From an uncultured Eubacteriales bacterium (GTDB lineage Bacteria; Bacillota; Clostridia; Oscillospirales; Acutalibacteraceae), in contig CAKTEE010000001.1 of assembly GCA_934546985.1 (NCBI GenBank), forward strand, positions 174,116-238,115: a stretch of DNA of 64,000 nt, in the 5' to 3' direction. Shown here piece by piece: positions 40,109 through 48,229 of this stretch (position 1 is the stretch's first letter; every line of letters begins with the position of its first letter). The position numbers were made by a program, and so were the translations under genes. The notes under the pieces were generated by a model. It did not search any database. It saw only the letters and a program-made list of their open reading frames with translations, and had not been told where the DNA came from.

Positions 40109-40604
40109 AAGCCCATTAAAAGTAAGGGAAATTGTTACCCTTGGTATTTTAAGCGGATTGATGATTGCCGTTCAAGTGGGCCTTTCTTTTTTACCTAATA
40201 TTGAATTGGTATCTTTCTTGGTTATTATTTTTACATTGGTTTATCGGCGTAAAGTAACTTTTATTTTGTCTGTTTTTATTTTAGCGGAAGGCATCATTTA
40301 TGGTTTTGGACTTTGGTGGCTGAATTATTTATATATCTGGGCAATTTTGGCAATAATCACTGCGTTACTGCATAAAATGGATTCTGCATTTGGCTGGGCG
40401 TTGGTTTCCGGATTATTCGGATTGTTTTTCGGTGCACTTTGTTCCATCCCATATTTCTTTATGGGAGGCTGGCAAACGGCGTTTTCTTATTGGGTCAGCG
40501 GTTTGCTTTTTGATATTACACATTGCATTGGCAATTTTGTCCTTTGTTTATTGCTTTACAGGCCCGTGTATACTTTACTTTGCAGGCTGGAGCGTACAGC
40601 CTGA
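40068..40604 (+). CDS. ECF-transporter substrate-specific (S) component-like membrane protein
   Basis: About 170 aa with 6 TM and a typical S-component N-terminus (LKVREIVTLGILSGLMIAVQ). The annotated start overlaps the upstream gene by 41 bp, so the true start is uncertain. Confidence 0.55.
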   Translation: MGTSLKLPLKQDIKSPLKVREIVTLGILSGLMIAVQVGLSFLPNIELVSFLVIIFTLVYRRKVTFILSVFILAEGIIYGFGLWWLNYLYIWAILAIITALLHKMDSAFGWALVSGLFGLFFGALCSIPYFFMGGWQTAFSYWVSGLLFDITHCIGNFVLCLLLYRPVYTLLCRLERTA

Positions 40605-40612
40605 GCCTGATA

Positions 40613-40650
40613 TAAAAGAAGCAGACGGTTTTTAAGCCGTCTGCTTCTTT
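40613..40650. terminator. Bidirectional terminator between the ECF-S gene (+) and the glycosylase gene (-)
   Basis: AAAAGAAGCAGACGG-tttttaag-CCGTCTGCTTCTTTT. Confidence 0.75.
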
Positions 40651-41147
40651 TATATTAAATAATCTAATATGATACGGTAAGCGTCTTTTAGGGTATCGAA
40701 AGTATAATTGCGGCAATTTGCGGGGCTGGTAGAGGGCAGATAAATAGAAGGTTTTCCGTTTATAGGGAAACAATATTTTTTGTAAAGTGCCGTTGCTTTT
40801 GTACCTGTAGTAAAAACTGCACGTATTTGCGCGGTACGGAATATCATGCTGAAATCATTGACAACAGGGTCATGAATGCTTTGATCATCCGCTCCTTTAA
40901 TCGTGCAGGATTGCAGAACGTCCCACATAGCAATATTGTGGTTCAGTAAAAGAGTTTTCTTTGCTTCATTTGATTCCGGCCGCGAGCAAGAAAAAAGTTC
41001 AGCTAAAATCGGCCAGAGACGGTTTTGTGGATGGGAATAGTAAAAGCCATATTCCCGTGATTTTGGCGAAGGCATAGTTCCGAGCAGAAGAATTTTAGAT
41101 TTTTCATTGTAAACCGGCGGGATAGTATGTGTAATCAAGGTGTTCAT
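40650..41147 (-). CDS. Uracil-DNA glycosylase superfamily protein (Mug/TDG or deoxyinosine-glycosylase type)
   Basis: LLLGTMPSPKS and LPSTSPAN motifs. 165 aa. Coupled by a 1-bp overlap to mutY. Confidence 0.7.
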   Translation of the reverse strand: MNTLITHTIPPVYNEKSKILLLGTMPSPKSREYGFYYSHPQNRLWPILAELFSCSRPESNEAKKTLLLNHNIAMWDVLQSCTIKGADDQSIHDPVVNDFSMIFRTAQIRAVFTTGTKATALYKKYCFPINGKPSIYLPSTSPANCRNYTFDTLKDAYRIILDYLI

Positions 41148-42373
41148 TAAGGATTACCTCCGCTTTTCTTCAGTAGATTATGTAAATATGGCTGAAATGC
41201 TGAAGGCAGGGCATATATGGAAGAAAGCTCGTCAATAAGTACCCAGTGCCAGTTATGCATATGGAGTTCTTCCGGCAAATCAAAATGAAATCCGGAAATA
41301 TGCCATTCAATATGCGTAAAGATATGTTTATACGGTTCGAGCTTGCAATAGGTTAGAAAGGAACTGGCAGAAAGCCCCAAACTGGAGAGGACTTCTTCCT
41401 TGCAAAGTGTACCGTCAAGGTTAGGGAATTCCCAAAGTCCGGATAAAACCCCCTTACCATCGCGTTGATGAATTGCAATTCTATTGCCGCTGGTAAGTAG
41501 AAGCAAAGTTTTTTCTTCCAGTTTCCGCGGCTTTTTTGCAGATTTAACAGGAAAGGAAGAAACTGTCCCGTTTTCATAGGCTTCACATAGCCCCTGCAAA
41601 GGGCAGAGCAGGCATTTGGGAGTTCCGTTCGGCAGGCATACCGTTGCGCCAAGCTCCATTAAGCTTTGGTTAAAATCTCCGGGCCTGTCCGCAGGAATAA
41701 CCTCCCGAAGCCATAAGCTTAATCTTTTTTTAGTAGTTTCTTTTGTAATGTCTTCTTCCAGTGCAAGTGTGCGGGTGAGAACGCGAAGAACATTACCGTC
41801 CACTGCGGGAACTGTTTGACCGAATGCTATGGAGGCGATTGCTCCGGCAGTGTAAGGGCCAATGCCAGGAAGGGAAAGCAGTTCATCATAATTTACAGGC
41901 ATTTCCCCGTGGTAGTTTTCCATAATTTCCTGTGCGGCTTTTTGCAGATTTTTTGCACGGTTGTAATAACCCAGCCCTTCCCAGAGTTTCATCAGCCGTT
42001 CCTGCGGAATTTCTGCCAGCGCCTTGACATTTGGAAGTTCTTGAATGAAACGGTCAAAATAGGGCTTTGCTGCCTCCACACGCGTTTGCTGCAGCATGAT
42101 TTCGGAAATCCATACATAATATGGCTGGGGATTTCCGCGCCAGGGCAGTATGCGTGCATTTTTGTCATACCATGCAAGCAGGGGCTCCGCAATCGGTTTT
42201 ACAGGTATTGTATTCATAGGTTTTGTTCCTTTATATTTTTTCTTTTTTTGTCTGTCGCAATAGGAGCCTCTATATCTTGTGTGATTTTGATGATACAGTC
42301 GGCACTCTGCGCAATTACCGTGTCTCTCACAGTTTTTGCGTTTACATGGGCAATTTATATTATAATCCTGCAT
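41147..42373 (-). CDS. mutY: A/G-specific adenine DNA glycosylase MutY; the ORF includes a 52-aa Cys-rich N-terminal extension
   Basis: HhH-GPD core (WISEIMLQQTRVEAAKPYFDRF), [4Fe-4S] Cys cluster (CLPNGTPKCLLCPLQGLC) and a NUDIX-like C-terminus. The alternative start at 42217 (MNTIPVK) has AAGGAA 9 nt upstream. Confidence 0.8.
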   Translation of the reverse strand: MQDYNINCPCKRKNCERHGNCAECRLYHQNHTRYRGSYCDRQKKKKYKGTKPMNTIPVKPIAEPLLAWYDKNARILPWRGNPQPYYVWISEIMLQQTRVEAAKPYFDRFIQELPNVKALAEIPQERLMKLWEGLGYYNRAKNLQKAAQEIMENYHGEMPVNYDELLSLPGIGPYTAGAIASIAFGQTVPAVDGNVLRVLTRTLALEEDITKETTKKRLSLWLREVIPADRPGDFNQSLMELGATVCLPNGTPKCLLCPLQGLCEAYENGTVSSFPVKSAKKPRKLEEKTLLLLTSGNRIAIHQRDGKGVLSGLWEFPNLDGTLCKEEVLSSLGLSASSFLTYCKLEPYKHIFTHIEWHISGFHFDLPEELHMHNWHWVLIDELSSIYALPSAFQPYLHNLLKKSGGNP

Positions 42374-42526
42374 AAGTTAATGATTCCTTTACCATTGATA
42401 TCTTCAGTTTATTGTATTTTTGCTGTTTATGCAAGCCTATGTGTTGATATATCAATGGTAATTTACGGATAAAAATATCCGAAACGTCGCAGCGTTTCGG
42501 ATTCTGTATCATATAAAATAAAAAAT

Positions 42527-42760
42527 CTATTTTTTCACAATAAAATCTTTGATTTCTTCAAAAAAGGAATCGTCATCGCTGCAATCGGCCTGGATTGTGA
42601 TAGGCTGAGATAAATCAAGGCTAAAAATACCCATAATAGATTTTGCGTCGATTACATATCGACCGGAGAGCAAGTCAATATCATATGTATGGCTGTTAGC
42701 AATAGTGACAAATTTTTTTACATCACTAATGGTAGAAAGTCTGATTACTGCATTTTTCAT
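42527..42760 (-). CDS. HPr-like phosphocarrier-family protein lacking the His15 site (Crh-like)
   Basis: 77 aa. The Ser46 region is conserved (AKSIMGIFSL). Position 15 is Asp (ISDVKKF against GIHARPA) on by-eye alignment with HPr. Confidence 0.6.
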   Translation of the reverse strand: MKNAVIRLSTISDVKKFVTIANSHTYDIDLLSGRYVIDAKSIMGIFSLDLSQPITIQADCSDDDSFFEEIKDFIVKK

Positions 42761-42906
42761 AACAGAACACCTCCAAAATAGTTCACTTCATTTATTTCTA
42801 TTATACAGACTATAACAGCATTCTTCTTTCAGGTCAATATCTTTAGGTTGTATTTCAAAAAATTTTTCGGTATAATGACAATATTGCTTGTAATTTGAGG
42901 TGGAAC

Positions 42907-44205
42907 ATGAAAGCGGCTTTTTATACCCTTGGTTGTAAGGTAAACCAATATGAAACACAAAGTATGCTCGAGCAGTTAAAAAGTGCGGGTTATTCTATTG
43001 TGTCCTGTGAGGAAGAAGCAGATGTGTATATTATTAATTCCTGTACGGTAACTGCTTCCAGCGACCAGAAAACGCGCCAGACCGTCCGTCATTATAAAAG
43101 GTTGCATCCCTCTGCGGCAGTAGTGCTTACAGGTTGTATGCCGCAGGCATATCCTGATGCGGCAAAGGAACTGGAAGAAGCAGATATTGTTTTAGGAAAC
43201 AATAATCATGCATACCTTACACAGGCGTTGAGCGATTTTTGGATGACAAAGCAAAGGATTTGCCGAATTAATCAGCATGAAACAGGGGAAGTATTCCGCA
43301 GTATTGGGATTTCTGATTTTGAAGAACGTACCAGAGCGTTTGTTAAAATAGAAGACGGATGTGACCGCTTTTGTTCCTATTGTATTATACCCGTGGCAAG
43401 GGGCAGGGTTCGTTCCCGTGAATTAAAAGATTTAAAGGAGGAATTAGAACTGCTTGTTTCCCGTGGCTATCAGGAAGCGGTTTTGGTTGGGATTAACCTT
43501 TCTGCATATGGGCGTGACAATGGTGCGAGTTTTTGTGATGCAGTTGCGCTTTCATGCGCTGTAAAGGGGATTCAGCGGGTTCGTCTGGGTTCATTGGAGC
43601 CTGATCATATTACACCGGAGGTTATCAGCAGTTTGTCAAAGCTGGATAAGCTTTGTCCGCAATTTCATATTTCCTTGCAAAGTGGATGTGATGCCACGCT
43701 GAAACGTATGAACCGCCACTACGATACGGAGGAATATGCGCAGCTTTGTGAGAATTTGCGCAGTGCATTTCCCAATATTGCCCTTACCACAGACGTTATG
43801 GTTGGTTTTCCGGGGGAAACAAGGGAAGAGTTTGAAACGTCTTTGGCATTTGTTAAAAGGATAGGTTTTTCTAAAATTCATGTGTTCCCATATTCCCCAA
43901 GGGAGGGGACGCGGGCGGCAAAAATGGAAAATCAGGTGACAAAAGCTGAAAAAAAGGAAAGGTGCCGTGAAATGATTGCCGCAGGGCAGGAACTGCGTTC
44001 AGCATTTCTGCAAAAGCAGATAAACGGTATATTTCCGGTTTTGTTTGAAACAGCCTGTACGGATAATATTTATGAAGGATATACGCCTAATTATACGCCT
44101 GTGCGCGTGCATTCTGAAAAAAATATTTGTGGGTTGTTAAAAAATGTGTTAATAAATAGAACAGGCGAAGACTGGTGTGAAGGTATGCTTTTAGATTGCG
44201 GTTGA
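42907..44205 (+). CDS. mtaB: tRNA t6A37 methylthiotransferase MtaB (radical SAM MTTase)
   Basis: KAAFYTLGCKVNQYETQ N-terminal MTTase motif. CDRFCSYC radical-SAM motif. No TRAM-rich tail. Confidence 0.8.
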   Translation: MKAAFYTLGCKVNQYETQSMLEQLKSAGYSIVSCEEEADVYIINSCTVTASSDQKTRQTVRHYKRLHPSAAVVLTGCMPQAYPDAAKELEEADIVLGNNNHAYLTQALSDFWMTKQRICRINQHETGEVFRSIGISDFEERTRAFVKIEDGCDRFCSYCIIPVARGRVRSRELKDLKEELELLVSRGYQEAVLVGINLSAYGRDNGASFCDAVALSCAVKGIQRVRLGSLEPDHITPEVISSLSKLDKLCPQFHISLQSGCDATLKRMNRHYDTEEYAQLCENLRSAFPNIALTTDVMVGFPGETREEFETSLAFVKRIGFSKIHVFPYSPREGTRAAKMENQVTKAEKKERCREMIAAGQELRSAFLQKQINGIFPVLFETACTDNIYEGYTPNYTPVRVHSEKNICGLLKNVLINRTGEDWCEGMLLDCG

Positions 44206-44279
44206 AAATAAAATTCACTTAAAAATTCTGAAAAAACCCTTGACTTTTTATAAAAAAATAGTATAATTTATATTGTTGT

Positions 44280-44353
44280 TGCGGAATTGTGTAAGGGTAG
44301 CACGACAGACTCTGACTCTGTTTGTCTGGGTTCAAATCCTAGTTCCGCAGCCA
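44280..44353 (+). tRNA. tRNA-Gln (anticodon CTG), CCA encoded
   Basis: Manual cloverleaf. U1-A72 acceptor pair with G73 discriminator, typical of tRNA-Gln. Anticodon loop CTCTGAC. T-loop TTCAAAT. Confidence 0.75.
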
Positions 44354-44360
44354 ATTAATG

Positions 44361-44403
44361 AAGATGTCCTTATTGCAGTAATGCTTTAAGGACATCTTTT
44401 TTA
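44361..44403 (+). terminator. Intrinsic terminator after tRNA-Gln
   Basis: AAGATGTCCTTA...TAAGGACATCTT followed by TTTTT. Confidence 0.75.
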
Positions 44404-44801
44404 GTGTTTTTGGAAGTTGAACGCATAAAGATTCAAAACACACTCACTGTACAGGTGGGAAATAAAGGTTATGCCGAATGCAGATACAAAGAAATAGAAA
44501 GACCGAAAGGATATATGGTGCCAACTAACGTACAGTTGCTAAACATTATGTGGATTAAAAAAGAAATGTATATTGATGATATTTAATAAATACGCAAATT
44601 GAAAATAAAAACGAGGAAACAAGCGTTTTGAGTTAGAAAGCTATTGTGTCAGTATAGTTGGGCCTAATAAGGAACATACGAAAGTGTATTGAAAATTAGA
44701 AAAAGCTAATATAGTATTTAGATAAATGAGCATGAAAGAATATGAAGCTCTTTTCTAAGGAGGTAAGTAATCACTCGATTGCGGCTCGAATAAATAAAAT
44801 A

Positions 44802-44830
44802 AAAGCCAGCGTCTTTTAGACGCTGGCTTT
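44802..44830. terminator. Palindromic terminator module AAAGCCAGCG/CGCTGGCTTT, copy 1 (downstream of the minus-strand tRNAs)
   Basis: AAAGCCAGCG-tcttttaga-CGCTGGCTTTCGTTA. The same arms recur at 50970-51006. Confidence 0.7.
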
Positions 44831-44843
44831 CGTTAGAACTTTA

Positions 44844-44917
44844 TGGAGCGGATGATGGGAATCGAACCCACATAGCCAGCTTGGGAAGCTGGAGTTTTGC
44901 CACTAAACTACACCCGC
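44844..44917 (-). tRNA. tRNA-Gly (anticodon CCC), CCA encoded
   Basis: Reverse complement GCGGGTGTAGTTTAGTGGCAAAACTCCAGCTTCCCAAGCTGG...GGGTTCGATTCCCATCATCCGCTCCA. Anticodon loop TTCCCAA. Confidence 0.8.
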
Positions 44918-44927
44918 ATATAAAATT

Positions 44928-45004
44928 TGGTGGAGGCAGAGGGACTCGAACCCGCGGCCTCTCGCATGTGAAGCGAACGCTCTAACCAACTGAGCTATGC
45001 CTCC
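44928..45004 (-). tRNA. tRNA-Val (anticodon CAC), CCA encoded; one C-U mismatch in the T-stem
   Basis: Reverse complement GGAGGCATAGCTCAGTTGGTTAGAGCGTTCGCTTCACATGCGAG...GGTTCGAGTCCCTCTGCCTCCACCA. Anticodon loop TTCACAT. Confidence 0.7.
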
Positions 45005-45237
45005 ATTATTTTTATATCATATCACTTTTGCGTGGATATGGCAAGTGTTTTTTTACTGTTTCATCAAAGAATTTAAAACACATTTCATGAACGGCATATC
45101 ATTGTATACAATAATAAATAGATTTATTTAAATTGAAACTAATTCCTTGGAATGTTACTCTTTAGTAATAAATGTGTAAATAATTGTAAATATTCTTAAG
45201 ACTATTTTAATCTTTTTTTGGAATATTTTGTGTTATA

Positions 45238-45732
45238 ATGAACCATGTGGAATTCAGGACTGACGGAGGATGGACATTGGAAGAAGGACATAAGTACGAA
45301 ATTGTTGTGATTGCTGCAACGCTCATTTTAACAGGGGTGCTTATTATTTTTAATGTAATGACTGCGCCTGATTTACAACCTGCTGTTGTATCATATGAGA
45401 TAACACAATCTTTTTCTGCGACGAAGTCAATGAATGATACTGCACAGACTACAATGGAAACGGTAACGGAAACAGCCGCCAATACTACTACAGTAACGCT
45501 TCATACACAGAATAATGAGACACCTTCGGGAAGTGTGCACTATCCGGTTAATATAAATACAGCTTCTTCCGAAGAATTACAGAATCTGCCGGGGATTGGG
45601 CCTTCAAAAGCAGATGCTATTATTGCATACAGGGTGGAGAACGGCGGGTTCTATAGCGTGAATGATCTTCTGAATGTCAAAGGAATAGGTGCGCAGACAT
45701 TGGAAAAGCTTCTGCCTTACATTACTGTTTAA
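45238..45732 (+). CDS. comEA: Competence protein ComEA (membrane-anchored tandem helix-hairpin-helix DNA receptor)
   Basis: N-terminal TM. C-terminal INTASSEELQNLPGIGPSKADAIIAYRVENGGFYSVNDLLNVKGIGAQTLEKL. Confidence 0.8.
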   Translation: MNHVEFRTDGGWTLEEGHKYEIVVIAATLILTGVLIIFNVMTAPDLQPAVVSYEITQSFSATKSMNDTAQTTMETVTETAANTTTVTLHTQNNETPSGSVHYPVNINTASSEELQNLPGIGPSKADAIIAYRVENGGFYSVNDLLNVKGIGAQTLEKLLPYITV

Positions 45733-45775
45733 GTTCTGAGATTCTAATAAAAGGATATGGGGAAGGTATGATAAG

Positions 45776-47227
45776 ATGAGGAAACGAAAAATTACGCGGA
45801 TGCTTGCTTTGCTGCTTTCGCTGATATTGGTTGTTTCAGCGTGTTCACCAGGCGGGTCATCGAATAACGATAAGACATCGCCCACCAAAGAGCAGGTGAC
45901 AGTTGCAGGTATCAGTAAAAAGACAGTTCGGGAAAATTGGGATAAAATAGTAATTGAAGCTTCTTATCCTGAAACCAAAGCAGTAAATATCAATACGATG
46001 ATTATTTCTGAGGTTAGAAAGAGTATTGATCAATTTAAAAAAATCGCAGGGGAAGAAAGCGGTTCGCTGAGAATAGATTATGATATTTATGCAGGTGACG
46101 GACAGGATTTCAGCGTTTGTTATCTATTGAAGTCGAAGATTGGAAAAAACAGTACAGAATCCGGTTTTGCCAGGACATACAATACTGCGTATGATGGTAT
46201 TTATAGTATTAAAGATTTCTTTCCGGACGGTGATACCGGCTATCTTCAAACACTGAGCGATACGGTTAGAAAGAATGCAAAAAACAGCGGAATTGCAGTT
46301 GAAACCACTCAGTTTGAAAATGGGACCAAAGCGGATGCCAGCTTATACAGTAGTTTCCTTCTTGAAAAAGAAAAATTTATTTTTGTTTTTCCTCGTGGGC
46401 AGGTAGCAGATCAAGTTGTTAAGGTTGAAGTACCGTTTTCTGTTTTTGGCAATTCTTTTCAAAAAAAACAGTCGTCTATTAAAGAGTTTAAGCAATTGGA
46501 GGAGGCAGAAAATATTCCGGTTGATGGGACTCAGTCTTCCACGACAACTACTGTGACACAGGAACCTGCCACTTCATTGCCTGATGAAACAACAACGAAA
46601 AAACCTGATGATGGCTCAAAAAAAATTGCATTGACATTTGATGACGGTCCGGGGCCGTATACTGATAAAATTCTTGAGGCATTAAAAAAATATAATGGGA
46701 AAGCAACATTCTTTATGGTAGGTACTTCCATTAAAGCTTATCCGGAACAGGTGAAACATGTGTCCGAAGCTGGATGTGAAATTGGAAATCATACCTACAG
46801 CCATAAAACCCTTACAAAATTAGATGCTGACGGAATTCGTTCCCAGATAGGTCAAGTAGAAGACCAGATAGAAAAGCTGACGGGAAAAAAGCCGACACTT
46901 CTTCGACCGCCGGGAGGGGCTGTCAATAAAACGGTTCGCCAAATCGCAGATATGCCCTTTATCTTATGGAATGTAGATACTTTGGATTGGAAGAAACGAG
47001 ATGCAGATTATGTTTATAATTATGTAATGAAAACAGTCGGCAAAGGTGACATTATTTTGATGCATGATATTCATGAGACCAGCGCGGATGCGGCGGTACG
47101 GCTGATTCAATCTTTGACGGAGCAGGGATATGAACTTGTAACAATCAGCGAGCTTTTTGATGCTTATGGACCGAAATTACAGAATGGAAAGAGCTACAAT
47201 TTTGTGAATGGCAGCTCTTGGAAATAA
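45776..47227 (+). CDS. Lipoprotein with an N-terminal RsiV/DUF3298-like domain and a C-terminal NodB polysaccharide deacetylase (PdaC-like)
   Basis: Lipobox LILVVSAC. NodB motifs IALTFDDGP, HTYSHKTL, LLRPPGG, LWNVDTLDW and ILMHDIHE. Confidence 0.75.
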   Translation: MRKRKITRMLALLLSLILVVSACSPGGSSNNDKTSPTKEQVTVAGISKKTVRENWDKIVIEASYPETKAVNINTMIISEVRKSIDQFKKIAGEESGSLRIDYDIYAGDGQDFSVCYLLKSKIGKNSTESGFARTYNTAYDGIYSIKDFFPDGDTGYLQTLSDTVRKNAKNSGIAVETTQFENGTKADASLYSSFLLEKEKFIFVFPRGQVADQVVKVEVPFSVFGNSFQKKQSSIKEFKQLEEAENIPVDGTQSSTTTTVTQEPATSLPDETTTKKPDDGSKKIALTFDDGPGPYTDKILEALKKYNGKATFFMVGTSIKAYPEQVKHVSEAGCEIGNHTYSHKTLTKLDADGIRSQIGQVEDQIEKLTGKKPTLLRPPGGAVNKTVRQIADMPFILWNVDTLDWKKRDADYVYNYVMKTVGKGDIILMHDIHETSADAAVRLIQSLTEQGYELVTISELFDAYGPKLQNGKSYNFVNGSSWK

Positions 47228-47234
47228 TTTAGTA

Positions 47235-47290
47235 AAATGAAACAGCTTTGGTTTGTGTGTAACAGCATAATCTAAGGCTGTTTCATTTTA
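47235..47290 (+). terminator. Hairpin terminator after the deacetylase gene (13-bp stem, long loop)
   Basis: AAAATGAAACAGC...GCTGTTTCATTTT followed by A/T-rich sequence. Confidence 0.5.
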
Positions 47291-47434
47291 GGTCAGTGCA
47301 CTGTTATCACGATGATTTTGTGTAAAAGGCTTGTAATATATGGCTTTTTTATATATAATCATAATAATTTCTATCAATCAGCCGAAAAAGAGAAAAAGAA
47401 AGGCAGAGGAAAAATTTTGGATAACCAATGCAAT

Positions 47435-48100
47435 ATGCCGGAAGAAATTGAAAAACAGAGTATGCGGATTATTGAAGAGGAATTAGCAAAAAGGGAGGTA
47501 GTGCTGTCCCCTGCAAAGGCGGCGATACTTAAACGCATCATTTTTGCTACAGCAGATTTTGACTATATTGATAACCTTTTCTTTTCAGATTATGTTATAG
47601 AGAAAGCGAGAAAACTGCTTCGGACAGGGGCAAATATTGTTACCGATTCTACTATGGTACAGGCGGGGATTTATAAAAAAGCAGCGTCAATGCTGGGAGT
47701 ACGAATTCACTGTTTTCAGGAACATCCGGGAATTGCCGTTGATGCCAAAAACAGAAAAGTAACCAAAAGTACGATTGGTATGGAGTATGGTTCCCGTTTG
47801 GCAGGGGAAACGATTTTTGTTGTGGGCAGGGCGCCGACTGCATTGTGGAGTTTATATTATATGGCTTTAAAAAATAAAGTCCATCCGGCGTTGATTATAG
47901 GTACGCCTGCGGGCTTAGTAAGCGCACAGGAAGCAAAAGAACGAATCATATCAGCCAGAATCCCATGCATTATTGCTAAAGGCTGCAAAGGCGGGTGTAA
48001 TGTAGCAGCAGCTGTTTGTAATGAATTGCTGCGTGATGCCTTGCAAGCTAAAAATTATGATTCAGCGAGAAAAATCGAGATAGAAGATGACGGCCTTTAA
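47435..48100 (+). CDS. cbiC: Cobalt-precorrin-8 methylmutase CbiC/CobH
   Basis: KRIIFATADFDYIDNLFFSD, VVGRAPTALWSL, IGTPAGLVSAQEAKE and AKGCKGGCNVAAAVCNELL closely parallel CbiC. The 5' end of the longer ORF (from 47312) is probably non-coding. Confidence 0.75.
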   Translation: MPEEIEKQSMRIIEEELAKREVVLSPAKAAILKRIIFATADFDYIDNLFFSDYVIEKARKLLRTGANIVTDSTMVQAGIYKKAASMLGVRIHCFQEHPGIAVDAKNRKVTKSTIGMEYGSRLAGETIFVVGRAPTALWSLYYMALKNKVHPALIIGTPAGLVSAQEAKERIISARIPCIIAKGCKGGCNVAAAVCNELLRDALQAKNYDSARKIEIEDDGL

Positions 48101-48229
48101 AATTCGCCTTTTTTGGCGGGAATTGGGTCGAAATGAATGTTGAAGTTCGCATGAACCTATGATAATATATATAAGAACCTTATTTGGGCTCTATAGAATG
48201 TAACATAAAATCGAATAGGAGAATGAAAC

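Noticed and set aside
41816-42472. 218-aa plus-strand ORF overlapping mutY
   Set aside because: It is antisense to mutY, Cys/Phe-rich and has no SD.
47312-47434. Upstream in-frame extension of cbiC (MILCKRLVIYGFF...)
   Set aside because: It is AT-rich and overlaps the upstream terminator hairpin and promoter-like sequence. Homology to CbiC begins at MPEEIEKQ.
47228-47434. Looked for a cobalamin riboswitch upstream of cbiC, and likewise upstream of the DUF4430/ECF-S pair (39400-39697)
   Set aside because: No B12-box-like sequence (AGYCMGGAG...GCCACUG) was found. Only terminator hairpins are present.
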